Assembly: GCA_964424195.1 (NCBI GenBank)
Contig: CAYRHT010000002.1
Span: 8,458-72,457 of the forward strand
Length of the DNA stretch: 64,000 bases
Source: an uncultured Gammaproteobacteria bacterium
Lineage (GTDB): Bacteria; Patescibacteriota; Patescibacteriia; UBA1558; S5-K13
Direction: 5' to 3'
The position numbers and the translations under genes were made by a program. Shown here one piece after another: positions 36,284 to 45,850 of the stretch; position 1 is the stretch's first letter; each line of letters opens with the position of its first letter. The notes under the pieces were generated by a model that had not been told where the DNA came from, did not search any database, and was given only the letters and a program-made list of their open reading frames with translations.

Positions 36284-37543
36284 ATGCCTAAAATTGAGAA
36301 AATAATTGCGCGAGAAATTCTAGATTCTCGAGGTAATCCAACTGTTAGTGCTACGGTATTTTTAACTGATGGTAAATATTATTTCGCTTCTGCTCCATCT
36401 GGAGCTTCTACTGGAAGTTCAGAAGCTTATGAACTAAGAGATCAAGATAATTCTCGATATCATGGTTTAGGAGTTTTAAAAGCAATAGAGAATATTAATA
36501 CTAAAATAAACGAAGAGTTGAAAGGTTTAGATATTAGTGATCCGAGGAGTTTAGATAAAAAGATGATTGATCTTGATGCTAGTGATAACAAGATGAATTT
36601 AGGAGCTAACGCTATAATTGCTGTTTCTTTAGCTATTAATAAAGCAGCAGCTGGTAGTAGTAATTTACCTTTGTATAAATTTATTAACGAATATTATGAT
36701 TTTGCATCTGACCCTAAATTACCAATACCTTTGGTAAACATTTTTAATGGCGGAAAGCATGCTAGTACTAATTTAGATTTTCAAGAATTATGGATAATTC
36801 CAGAGAAATTTAGTAATTTTCAAGAAAGACTAAGAGTAAGCTCAGAAATTTTTCATGAATTTGGCAAGGTTTTGTCTGAGAATGCTTATGATACAGATTT
36901 AGGCAATGAAGGTGGTTATGCTCCAGATTTGAAGGAAACTGATGATTCTTGGGAGATGATCCTCCAAGCTATCAAGAGAGCTGGTTATGAGGGTAAAATT
37001 AGCCTAGGATTAGATGCTGGAGCTACTACTTTCTATAATAAGCATTCTAAGAAATATAAGATAAAATTAGATAAAAAAGATTTGAATTCTACAGAAATGA
37101 TAAATTATTATATGAATTGGCTTAAGAAATATCCTATTAAATATATTGAAGACCCTTTAGATGAAGATGATTGGAATAATTGGAAAGAACTTAAAAAAAC
37201 TATGGATTTATCTCGGAAAGATATAATTATTATTGGAGATGATTTATTCACTACTAATGTAAAGAGATTACAAAGAGGAATAGATGAAAATAGTGCTAAT
37301 GGAATTATTATCAAACCAAACCAAATTGGAACTATTAGTGAAACTATTGATTGTATTAAATTAGCACAAGATAACAAGTTCTCAATAATTATTTCACATC
37401 GAAGCGGTGAAACTTGTGATGATTTTATTGCTGATTTAGCAGTTGGTTCTGGAGCTGAACATATTAAAACTGGCTCTATTTCTCGAGGAGAAAGAGTTTG
37501 TAAATATAATAGATTATTAGCAATTGAAGGAGAATTATTATGA
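36284..37543 (+). CDS. eno: Enolase.
   Basis: 'IIAREILDSRGNPTVSATV', 'SHRSGETCD' and 419 aa length. Confidence 0.92.
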   Translation: MPKIEKIIAREILDSRGNPTVSATVFLTDGKYYFASAPSGASTGSSEAYELRDQDNSRYHGLGVLKAIENINTKINEELKGLDISDPRSLDKKMIDLDASDNKMNLGANAIIAVSLAINKAAAGSSNLPLYKFINEYYDFASDPKLPIPLVNIFNGGKHASTNLDFQELWIIPEKFSNFQERLRVSSEIFHEFGKVLSENAYDTDLGNEGGYAPDLKETDDSWEMILQAIKRAGYEGKISLGLDAGATTFYNKHSKKYKIKLDKKDLNSTEMINYYMNWLKKYPIKYIEDPLDEDDWNNWKELKKTMDLSRKDIIIIGDDLFTTNVKRLQRGIDENSANGIIIKPNQIGTISETIDCIKLAQDNKFSIIISHRSGETCDDFIADLAVGSGAEHIKTGSISRGERVCKYNRLLAIEGELL

Positions 37544-39093
37544 AGAAAAAACAAGTAATTTTAGCTATCTTAGACGGTTGGGGTATAACAAAAGCTTCTA
37601 AGGGTAATGTTATAACATTAGCAAAGACTCCTACTTATGATTGTCTATTAAAACATTATCCTAATACAAAATTAGTTGCTAGTGGCGCTAAGGTTGGTTT
37701 ACCTAGTACTCAAGATGGTAATTCTGAAGCTGGTCATATGAATATTGGAGCAGGAAGAGTTATTAAGCAAGATGATATGTATATTACTAGTGCTATTAAA
37801 AATGGTACATTCTTAAAGAATCCAGCTTTTTTAGAAGCCATTCATCATGCCAAGGAAAATAAATCTAGTATTCATTTAATAGGTTTATTGACTGGGATTC
37901 AAAGTGCTCATGTTAATCCGGAACATTTAAATCAATTATTAGGTCTTTTAAAGAAAGAGAAAGTAGAGAAAGTTTATTTACATTTATTTAGTGATGGTCG
38001 AGATGCTCCTAAATATGAAAGTGTGAATTATCTCAAAAAATTAAAATCTAAATTTAGAAATGGAGAAAAAATAGCTAGCATTAGTGGTAGATTCTTTGCT
38101 ATGGATCGGAATAAGAAATGGGTAAATAGTGAGAAAGCATATAAAGCTATGGTGAATGGTAAGGGGCGAGAAGCAAAGTCTGCTGAGGAAGCTATAACTC
38201 AAGCTTATAATAGTGGTGAATCAGATGAGTTTATTACTCCAACGGTTATTGTGAATAATAAGAAACCAGTTGGGAAAATAGAGGATAATGATGCTATTAT
38301 TTTCTTTAATTTAAGATCAGATAGAGCCAGGCAATTGACCAAATTATTTGTTCAGAAGAATATTTGTGATCGGAATAAAACTTGTAGAATTAATCGAAAT
38401 AAATTAAAGAATATTAAATTTGTTTCCATGAGTGATTTTGGACCAGACCTAGATGATATTTTAACTGCTTTTCCATCGCGTGATTTATTAGAAACTTTAC
38501 CAATGCAGTTGAAGGAGTATCGACAACTATATATGGCTGAAAGTGAAAAATATGCTCATGTAACTTACTTTTTTAATGGTGGGTATAAAGATCCAGTAGC
38601 TGGAGAAGCTAGAGAAATGATTCCTTCACCAGATGTTGATTCTTATGATCAAAAACCAGAAATGAGTTCTCATAAGATTGTTAGGAAGTTAAAAAGTTAT
38701 ATTAAAAATGATAAGTATGATTTTTATGTTGTTAATTTTGCTAGTCCAGATATGGTAGCTCATACTGGTAATTTAGAAGCGGGAATTAAAGCAGTAGAAG
38801 ACGTTGATAGGTGTTTGAAAGAATTATGTGAAGTGGTTAAGAAGAAAAGGAATATGAGTATGATTATAACTTCAGATCATGGTAATGTGGAAGAGATGAT
38901 TAAGTTAGAAACTGGTGAAATTGATACTAAGCATTCTAGTAATCCAGTACCTTTTATTTTAGTTGATAGTCAATTAAAGAATAAGAAGTTACGCCAAGGT
39001 ATTTTAGGTGATATTGCTCCAACTATTTTAGATATTATGGGCATAACAAAACCTAAATTAATGTCTGGTAAAAGTTTATTAAAAAATAGATAA
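37540..39093 (+). CDS. gpmI: 2,3-bisphosphoglycerate-independent phosphoglycerate mutase.
   Basis: 'LAILDGWGI', 'GNSEAGHMNIGAGR', 'DMVAHTG' and 'SDHGN'. It overlaps eno by 4 nt. Confidence 0.9.
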   Translation: MKKKQVILAILDGWGITKASKGNVITLAKTPTYDCLLKHYPNTKLVASGAKVGLPSTQDGNSEAGHMNIGAGRVIKQDDMYITSAIKNGTFLKNPAFLEAIHHAKENKSSIHLIGLLTGIQSAHVNPEHLNQLLGLLKKEKVEKVYLHLFSDGRDAPKYESVNYLKKLKSKFRNGEKIASISGRFFAMDRNKKWVNSEKAYKAMVNGKGREAKSAEEAITQAYNSGESDEFITPTVIVNNKKPVGKIEDNDAIIFFNLRSDRARQLTKLFVQKNICDRNKTCRINRNKLKNIKFVSMSDFGPDLDDILTAFPSRDLLETLPMQLKEYRQLYMAESEKYAHVTYFFNGGYKDPVAGEAREMIPSPDVDSYDQKPEMSSHKIVRKLKSYIKNDKYDFYVVNFASPDMVAHTGNLEAGIKAVEDVDRCLKELCEVVKKKRNMSMIITSDHGNVEEMIKLETGEIDTKHSSNPVPFILVDSQLKNKKLRQGILGDIAPTILDIMGITKPKLMSGKSLLKNR

Positions 39094-39094
39094 T

Positions 39095-39883
39095 ATGAAT
39101 GAGTTTATAAGACCAAAACCTCTATGTTTAATTGTAATTAGTGGATTACATGTTAATCAGTTATTTGAAAGTAAAACTTCTAATATTAAAGCTCTAATTA
39201 ACAATTACCCCTTTTTAATTCTAAACTCAGATAAGAGAAATGTTGATAATTTTCAAGATTCTTATATTGAATTAGGTAGTGGGTCTAGTATTAGTGAAGA
39301 TAATAAGATTACTTTATCAAAAGTAATCAGTGATGCAGGATTAAGTCAATTACATTTAGCTGATACAGAATCTTATGCTTACAATACTTACTTTTTTAAT
39401 AATCAGAATAAAGTAAAGCATAAGAAGGAGGTTTGGCTTAAGAAATCTTTGTTAAAAGTTGATTCTCATTTAGAGCATATTGATGCAATGCATAGTAAAA
39501 TAACTAAAGATTTAATTAAAGAAATTAATAAACAAGACCATGATTTTATTGTTGTTAATTATAACGATCTCTTAGTCAATACGGACAAGGTTAAAACTAT
39601 TAATAATTTAGATAAGAATATAAAAGATATAATTGATATTGTGTTATCTTTTAATGGAGCAGTTTTAATAACATCAAACAGTAGTTTAAATAGTTTAGAT
39701 AATAGAGTACCTTTCTTTTTAATTGGTAAGCAGTGGCAGAATAAAAGTTATGTAGATTTTGATTTTAGAAAAAAAATTAATGAGCAAGATATTGGTGGTG
39801 ATATTACTCAAATTTCTCCTACAGTATTAAAAATACTTGGATTATCTAAACCTAGAGAAATGAAAACAAATTCTTTAATTTAA
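39095..39883 (+). CDS. Degenerate iPGM phosphatase-domain paralog: it lacks the transferase insertion and the metal and catalytic residues, so it is a probable pseudoenzyme.
   Basis: It aligns with both the N- and C-terminal segments of the adjacent gpmI: 'LIVISGLHV' ~ 'LAILDGWGI', 'YAYNTYFFN' ~ 'YAHVTYFFN', 'DHDFIVVNYNDLLVNTD' ~ 'KYDFYVVNFASPDMVAHTG', 'ITSNSS' ~ 'ITSDHGN', 'ISPTVLKILGLSKP' ~ 'IAPTILDIMGITKP'. The Asp/His metal ligands are replaced. Confidence 0.6.
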   Translation: MNEFIRPKPLCLIVISGLHVNQLFESKTSNIKALINNYPFLILNSDKRNVDNFQDSYIELGSGSSISEDNKITLSKVISDAGLSQLHLADTESYAYNTYFFNNQNKVKHKKEVWLKKSLLKVDSHLEHIDAMHSKITKDLIKEINKQDHDFIVVNYNDLLVNTDKVKTINNLDKNIKDIIDIVLSFNGAVLITSNSSLNSLDNRVPFFLIGKQWQNKSYVDFDFRKKINEQDIGGDITQISPTVLKILGLSKPREMKTNSLI

Positions 39884-39884
39884 A

Positions 39885-39910
39885 AAGTCCTGTTAATTAA
39901 CAGGACTTTA
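39885..39910. terminator. Bidirectional hairpin terminator between convergent genes.
   Basis: 'aaagtcctgttaattaacaggacttt': a perfect 10-bp stem flanked by A/T runs on both sides. Confidence 0.65.
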
Positions 39911-39926
39911 TTAGAATCAGATATAA

Positions 39927-40358
39927 TTATAATAGATAGAGTAGAAAGTAGGTTAAAATAAATCCAGTGATAACCCCAGTAATTACTTGAGTAACTGTAT
40001 GAGAAATTCTTTCATTTAAAGTTTTATATTTATATTCTAGTTCATCTGGAAGATCAATGATTAATTTATTTATAGCTCTACTGTGTTCTGTTAAATATCC
40101 TCTAAAACCAATAGCATCAGTTATAACAATAAGAGCAAAGAAGAAACTTACTGCAAAAGCTGAACTATTTAGACCTTCTTGAAAACCAATCACTGTAGCT
40201 AAAGAAGTAACTAGAGCACTATGAGCAGAAGGCATTCCACCATAGGCTAGTAAGTTCTTCCAAGAAAATTTACCTCTAATTGCTTCAATTAGTTGTTTGA
40301 TTACTAATTGAGTTAAAAGAGCTATTCCCAAAGGTATTAAAATGAATTGATAGAGCAT
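39927..40358 (-). CDS. Divergent-PAP2 family membrane protein (YuiD/DUF212-like).
   Basis: The 'GGMPSAHSA' motif and four transmembrane helices. Confidence 0.65.
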   Translation of the reverse strand: MLYQFILIPLGIALLTQLVIKQLIEAIRGKFSWKNLLAYGGMPSAHSALVTSLATVIGFQEGLNSSAFAVSFFFALIVITDAIGFRGYLTEHSRAINKLIIDLPDELEYKYKTLNERISHTVTQVITGVITGFILTYFLLYLL

Positions 40359-40418
40359 GGTATTAAATTAATATATAAAAGTATAGTATAATTATAGTAA
40401 GAAATTAACAACTATTCA

Positions 40419-41219
40419 ATGATTATTTATCTCAATACAATATTATTAGCATTAGTTCAGGCGATGACTGAATTTTTACCAGTTTCTAGCTCTGGGCATT
40501 TGATTTTATTTCATAATTTATTAGATTCAGATATTTTAAATACTTTAGCTTTTGATGTTGCTCTACATGGTGGTAGCTTATTAGCAATCATAATATTTTT
40601 CTATAAAAATATTAAGAAAGCAGTAGATAATTTTGTAATTAATTTAAAGAATAAAACATTAAAGAAAGATTTAGTATTAATTATTCTTATTTCTATTATT
40701 CCGGCTGGTTTGATAGGTTTATTTTTAGAAGATTTTATAGATAGTTTTTTAAGAAAACCTATTATTGTTGCTGGAGCATTAATATTTGGTTCAATATTAT
40801 TTATTCTTGTTGAAAAACTATATAAACCAAAAAAAGAGTTATCAAATGTAAGTATTTCTAATGGTATTTTTATTGGAATTATGCAGTGTTTAGCATTCAT
40901 TCCTGGTATGTCTAGAAGTGGTATTACTATTGTAGCTGGTATGAATAGAGGACTAACTAGAACTGATGCTGCTAGGTTCTCCTTTTTGTTAGCAATTCCT
41001 TTGTTATTAGGAGCTTTTATTAAAAAAACAGCCGATGTTTTAACATCCACTGCTCAATTCAATTTTTATTTTGTTTTAGGTTTTTTTATGGCATTTATTT
41101 TTAGCTTACTGGCTATTAGAATCTTAATGAAATTGTTAAGAGCTAAATCTGCTTTGTATGGTTTTGCAATCTATAGAATAATTCTAGCTTTAATTATAAT
41201 TTTCTTAGTTTTAAACTAA
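40419..41219 (+). CDS. uppP: Undecaprenyl-diphosphatase.
   Basis: 'MTEFLPVSSSGHLIL', 'PGMSRSGITI', eight transmembrane helices and 266 aa length. Confidence 0.88.
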   Translation: MIIYLNTILLALVQAMTEFLPVSSSGHLILFHNLLDSDILNTLAFDVALHGGSLLAIIIFFYKNIKKAVDNFVINLKNKTLKKDLVLIILISIIPAGLIGLFLEDFIDSFLRKPIIVAGALIFGSILFILVEKLYKPKKELSNVSISNGIFIGIMQCLAFIPGMSRSGITIVAGMNRGLTRTDAARFSFLLAIPLLLGAFIKKTADVLTSTAQFNFYFVLGFFMAFIFSLLAIRILMKLLRAKSALYGFAIYRIILALIIIFLVLN

Positions 41220-41819
41220 ATGATTTTGTTCAGAATGGATAATTAATCTATTATTCTCATTAGTATAGAGAATAAGATTTTCAGAAAGGTGATCTCCAAT
41301 AGTTTCTTTTAATGATAATGGTATAATCTCTGGTCTAGCAAATATTTGAACTACAATATTGTTATAAATAGCTATTCCAGTTTCAGTAAAATCATCATTT
41401 AAAATGTTTTCTCGATGTCCTGGTGATTTAAGCCAGGCTTTTATTATTGATTCATTGTCTGAAAAATCTTTAGCTAAATTTTCTCCAATAAGAGAATATT
41501 TATAGCCAGTTTCTTTAATCCAAGAAGAGAATTTTTTACCCTCTTTTGATTCATGACTGAAATAGTTATTTTCTGCTAAATCTTTTACTTTATTAATAGC
41601 AGCTTGAGTCAATTTATTATTTAAAGTTAGAGGAGTAATATTATCTTTAACTCTTCTTTCATTTACTAATTCAAATACTTGAGCTTCAGAAAGAGGAGAT
41701 ATAGCGATAACTGTTTCTATGCTAGTAAAAAAAACTAGTCCTGATGTAAGAAAGAGGATTGTTAGGAATTTAATAGATTTTTTAATTGTATTTTTCATAA
41801 TTGGTATATAAAAAAGCAC
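41211..41819 (-). CDS. Secreted CAP/SCP/PR-1 domain protein.
   Basis: A signal-like N-terminus, then 'NYFSHES' and 'GHRENILNDDFTETGIAI' (CAP motifs). Confidence 0.65.
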   Translation of the reverse strand: MLFYIPIMKNTIKKSIKFLTILFLTSGLVFFTSIETVIAISPLSEAQVFELVNERRVKDNITPLTLNNKLTQAAINKVKDLAENNYFSHESKEGKKFSSWIKETGYKYSLIGENLAKDFSDNESIIKAWLKSPGHRENILNDDFTETGIAIYNNIVVQIFARPEIIPLSLKETIGDHLSENLILYTNENNRLIIHSEQNHLV

Positions 41820-42036
41820 TTTATCAAAATCAAAGTACTTTATAACGAATAATCTAAAAAGTCAATATCTATCTTATGTTTTTGTTTACCTTGACCTTCA
41901 TCATAGGTATTTTGATTTTGTTTTTTTGTTTTTTTAAGCTATTTTTAGCCTATAACTTAAGTATAGCATGGATATTGACTCTTGTCAAGAGGGAGGAGGG
42001 TTTTAAACTTGATTAAGTAATCCAATTGTTTTAATA

Positions 42037-42045
42037 TGGTATAAT
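42037..42045 (+). promoter_or_regulatory. Extended -10 promoter element (TGgTATAAT) for the manC-like gene.
   Basis: TGn-TATAAT lies 27 nt upstream of the ATG at 42072, in a 250-nt divergent intergenic region. Confidence 0.45.
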
Positions 42046-42071
42046 ACTAATATATAAAATATTATAAATTT

Positions 42072-43145
42072 ATGAATATAGTTATCTTAGCAGGAGGTCA
42101 TGGTACTAGATTATGGCCAGTTTCTAGAAAAAATCAGCCTAAACAAGCGGAGTGTTTTTTTGATAATCAAACATTATTACAGTTAACTTACAAAAGAGTA
42201 TTGAAAGGTTTTAAAAAAGAAGACATATATATATCTTGTGGTCAGGATCAATTTAATCTTTTAAACAAACAAGTTAAAGTTAATAAAAGTAATTTTATAT
42301 TAGAACCAGAAGCTAAGGGTACAGCTATGGCTATTGGCTTGGCTTGTGTTAAATTATATCGGAAAGATAAAGATGCGGTTTTAGCTATGGCTAATTCAGA
42401 TCATTATATTAAAAATGAAAAGGAATATTTAAGAATATTAAAATTAGCTAATAAAGTTGTTCAGGAAAATCCAGACCATTTAACTTTAATTGGAATAAAA
42501 CCTGCTTATCCGGAAACAGGGTATGGATATATTGAATCTGGTAAATTATTTGAGAAGAGTGGTAAAGATGTGATTTATAAAATGAAACAATTCAAAGAAA
42601 AGCCAGATTTGAAAACAGCAGAGAAATATTTGAAGAGTGATAAATTTTTATGGAATCCGGCTTGGTTTGTTTTTAAAGCAGAGACTATGTTAAAGTTATT
42701 TCAGAAACATCTTCCTAAACATTATCAAGCTTTAAAAAATATTGAGCAAAAAATTGGTACAAGAGATGAAGTTAAGGTTTTAGCTACTGAATTCAAAAAA
42801 GTACCTCCAATTTCTATTGATTACGGTATTATGGAAAAGGCTTCTAAAATGTTAGTAATACCATCCAAGGTGGAATGGAAAGATATTGGTTCTTGGGATG
42901 CAGTGGGCGATGCTTTTGAGGATAAATTGAAAAAAACTTCAGACAATACTCTTGTTCTTAATTCAAAGAATAATTTAATTATTAACAAGAATAAAGAGAA
43001 ATTAATATCTATTCTAGGAGTTGATGATTTAATAGTTGTGGACACTAAAGATGCTTTAATGATTTGTCCTAAATCAAAATCACAAGAAGTTAAGAAAATT
43101 ACTGAAGAGCTAAAAAAGAATAAGAAATTAAATAAATACTTATAA
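42072..43145 (+). CDS. Mannose-1-phosphate guanylyltransferase / sugar-nucleotidyltransferase.
   Basis: 'IVILAGGHGTRLWPVSRKNQPKQ', 'YGYIE' and 357 aa length. Confidence 0.75.
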   Translation: MNIVILAGGHGTRLWPVSRKNQPKQAECFFDNQTLLQLTYKRVLKGFKKEDIYISCGQDQFNLLNKQVKVNKSNFILEPEAKGTAMAIGLACVKLYRKDKDAVLAMANSDHYIKNEKEYLRILKLANKVVQENPDHLTLIGIKPAYPETGYGYIESGKLFEKSGKDVIYKMKQFKEKPDLKTAEKYLKSDKFLWNPAWFVFKAETMLKLFQKHLPKHYQALKNIEQKIGTRDEVKVLATEFKKVPPISIDYGIMEKASKMLVIPSKVEWKDIGSWDAVGDAFEDKLKKTSDNTLVLNSKNNLIINKNKEKLISILGVDDLIVVDTKDALMICPKSKSQEVKKITEELKKNKKLNKYL

Positions 43146-44152
43146 TGAGAAAAATAAAGTTCATAATTATTGTTTTAATAGTATTGGGAATATTTTCCTT
43201 GTTTTTTTATTCCAATCAAATAAATTATCCTTTAGCTAAAGAGGGTGAAGAGATATCTTTTGTTATTGAAAGTGGCCAATCTCCTCAAGAAATAGCAGAA
43301 GCATTAGAAGAGCAAGGAATAATTAAAAGTAGTTTCTGGTTAAGATATCATTTAAAAACAAAGAAGTTAGCTAATAAAGTAATTGCGGGAACTTTTACTT
43401 TATCTCCAACAATGAGTATTAGTCAAATAGCTAAAGAAATAACTACTGTTAATTCAACTGGTGTAGAAGATGAGATTATTTTAATAGAAGGTTGGAATAG
43501 TACTGAAATTGGAGAGTATTTAGAGACTAAAGACTTTTGTAGTCAAAAAGAATGGTTAAATTTAGTAAATAAATATGAGAATAGTAATTATGATTTTTTA
43601 AAGGATAAACCTCGAGCAAATGATTTAGAAGGATATTTATTCCCAGATACTTATCGAATTTATAAAGATTCAAGTTGTGAAGATATTTTAGTAAAGTTAT
43701 TAAATAATTTTGATAGAAAACTTTCTAAAGAAATGAAGAAAGATATCAAGTCTCAAAATAAAAGTATTTTTGAAATAATTACTATGGCTTCCGTTATAGA
43801 GAAAGAAGTTACTAGTATTAAAGATATGAAAATAGTCTCTGGTTTATTTTGGGATAGAATAAAAAATAGACAAGCTTTAGAATCTTGTGCTACCTTAGCT
43901 TATATCCTTGGAGAGAATAAAGCTCAATACTCTTTAGAAGACACTCAGATAAGTTCACCCTATAACACCTATCGAAACAGAGGACTACCGCCGGGACCAA
44001 TTACTAATCCTGGACTAAATGCTATTCAAGCAGCTATTTATCCAACTCATACAGAATATAATTACTTTCTGTCTGATCCAAAAACAGGTAATACCATTTG
44101 GAGTAAAACTTTTGAAGAACATATTCAAAATAAGTGGAAGTATTTAAATTAG
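43145..44152 (+). CDS. mltG: Endolytic murein transglycosylase MltG (YceG family).
   Basis: An N-terminal transmembrane helix, then 'GYLFPDTY' and 'GLPPGPITNPGLNAIQAA'. Confidence 0.85.
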   Translation: MRKIKFIIIVLIVLGIFSLFFYSNQINYPLAKEGEEISFVIESGQSPQEIAEALEEQGIIKSSFWLRYHLKTKKLANKVIAGTFTLSPTMSISQIAKEITTVNSTGVEDEIILIEGWNSTEIGEYLETKDFCSQKEWLNLVNKYENSNYDFLKDKPRANDLEGYLFPDTYRIYKDSSCEDILVKLLNNFDRKLSKEMKKDIKSQNKSIFEIITMASVIEKEVTSIKDMKIVSGLFWDRIKNRQALESCATLAYILGENKAQYSLEDTQISSPYNTYRNRGLPPGPITNPGLNAIQAAIYPTHTEYNYFLSDPKTGNTIWSKTFEEHIQNKWKYLN

Positions 44153-45756
44153 TATTGTTTTACAAAATTATATCCAATATACTCAAAGACATCTTCATCG
44201 GAGATGTCTTTATAAAATATGGGTTCATCAATAAAATGATTAACATATTTAAAGTTGTAAATATCATAATTGTAATCGTCAGTAACTAACAAAACATTTT
44301 CAATTTCTTCATTAATAGGAATATATGATTGGTAAAGAAGTCGCATTTGATCTTGGTAATATGAATAGTATCTAGTTGGACCAGAGCGATCATTAAAAAT
44401 ATAGTAGATTTGATATTCTGGTAAATAATAATTTAAATGTCGTCCATTTTTAATAAAGTTTGTTCGAGTTTTAATATATGGACTATCACCCTCAGTAATT
44501 AAAATAGTCTTTTGAGGATCATACTCTTTAATTGTTTCTGTTATTTGTTCTAAACGCTGATCATTATTTTTTAAATTTACAGCATTAATAGTATAAGGGG
44601 AGACATTGATTAATAATTTACTATTTTTAACTAAACCTTCTGTGTTGAATAGAAAGCTAAGGCATTGAAAAATAATAATAATTGAGATGATTAGATATTT
44701 ATTTTTAATAGATTTCATTCTGTAAATAGCAGTAATTCCTAATATTAATATTAAAGGAACTATGGTCATAATATAGCCAGCTTTACCTAAATGAATAAAG
44801 GAATAGAAAAGAAAAGATGGTAAGAACCAAAACCATAAGATTGCTCTAATTTTTTTATGAAATTTAAGCTTTTTCTTTAAAAGAGAAAAGATTATAAATA
44901 TTGATAAGATCCCCCCAGAATAGAAAAATAATTTTAAAGTATTTCCAGTTTGTTTTAAGGCACTAGCTATTTTTGATAAAGAGAAGAATCCAGTAGCTAT
45001 GGTTGAGGTGAAATATTGGTTTTTAGTGATTATAAAGAATTCTTTAAATCCACCACTTAGAATAGAAGTAGGAATTAACCATAATAAAGTTGTAGAGATT
45101 AGGATTATGGAGTTAGATAATATATTCTGGAAATAATGTTTTTCTCTTTTTAAATAACAATAGGCTGTGAATAAATAAAGAGGAATAAAGAAAATTAATA
45201 AACTTTGTCGAAAACCAATTCCTAAAGCAAATAAAAAACTAAACTTGTAGAGCCAATCTTTTTTTTCTTTAATTATTGAATAACTTAAATAAAAATAAAC
45301 AAGAGCAAATAGTGAATCAATTATATAAATGTTTACAAATTCCCCATGAAACCAAATAAAAGGGTTAGTTATAAAAATTATAGCCGAAAGGATTGATAAC
45401 TTTTTATCTTTAAATATTCTTAAAGCAATGTTGTAAAATAATAAAGCTGCAATAATTGTAAAGAAAATATTAATAATTATTAAAGAATAGTTAGCATTGC
45501 CAATAAATTTATTTACAATTTTACCTAAATAAACATAAAAGAAATATCCTGGAGGATGAGGTTGATGTTGAAGAACATTAAAATTCCTCATACCGAGAGC
45601 TAATTGGACAGAGTCCCATTCAAATAGATATTTAGTGGTAAATAATATTCTAGTAAAGATAGTAGTAACAATTAGAATAAAATAAGTTAGATTCTTATTA
45701 TCACTATCATCTTTATAAAATAGGTTTTTAGTATAGTTTAAGCTTTTTTTAATCAT
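44149..45756 (-). CDS. Polytopic membrane glycosyltransferase, GT39/ArnT/PMT-like (GT-C fold).
   Basis: About 12 transmembrane helices in the N-terminal 350 aa and a soluble C-terminal domain; the overall layout resembles dolichyl/undecaprenyl-phosphate-sugar-dependent transferases. I could not verify the catalytic DE motif. Confidence 0.4.
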   Translation of the reverse strand: MIKKSLNYTKNLFYKDDSDNKNLTYFILIVTTIFTRILFTTKYLFEWDSVQLALGMRNFNVLQHQPHPPGYFFYVYLGKIVNKFIGNANYSLIIINIFFTIIAALLFYNIALRIFKDKKLSILSAIIFITNPFIWFHGEFVNIYIIDSLFALVYFYLSYSIIKEKKDWLYKFSFLFALGIGFRQSLLIFFIPLYLFTAYCYLKREKHYFQNILSNSIILISTTLLWLIPTSILSGGFKEFFIITKNQYFTSTIATGFFSLSKIASALKQTGNTLKLFFYSGGILSIFIIFSLLKKKLKFHKKIRAILWFWFLPSFLFYSFIHLGKAGYIMTIVPLILILGITAIYRMKSIKNKYLIISIIIIFQCLSFLFNTEGLVKNSKLLINVSPYTINAVNLKNNDQRLEQITETIKEYDPQKTILITEGDSPYIKTRTNFIKNGRHLNYYLPEYQIYYIFNDRSGPTRYYSYYQDQMRLLYQSYIPINEEIENVLLVTDDYNYDIYNFKYVNHFIDEPIFYKDISDEDVFEYIGYNFVKQY

Positions 45757-45850
45757 TTTTTTATTATAATCCTATTGATTTTTTACTTAAAAGTAAGTAG
45801 TATGATGTTAGAGTGTTTTTGATACTTAATATATATATTTTACACTTTTT

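Noticed and set aside
39885-39910. Hairpin between the iPGM paralog and the PAP2-like gene, considered as a mobile-element inverted repeat.
   Set aside because: It is a single perfect stem flanked by A/T runs between convergent genes, which is the classic bidirectional terminator geometry. No second copy or target-site duplication exists.
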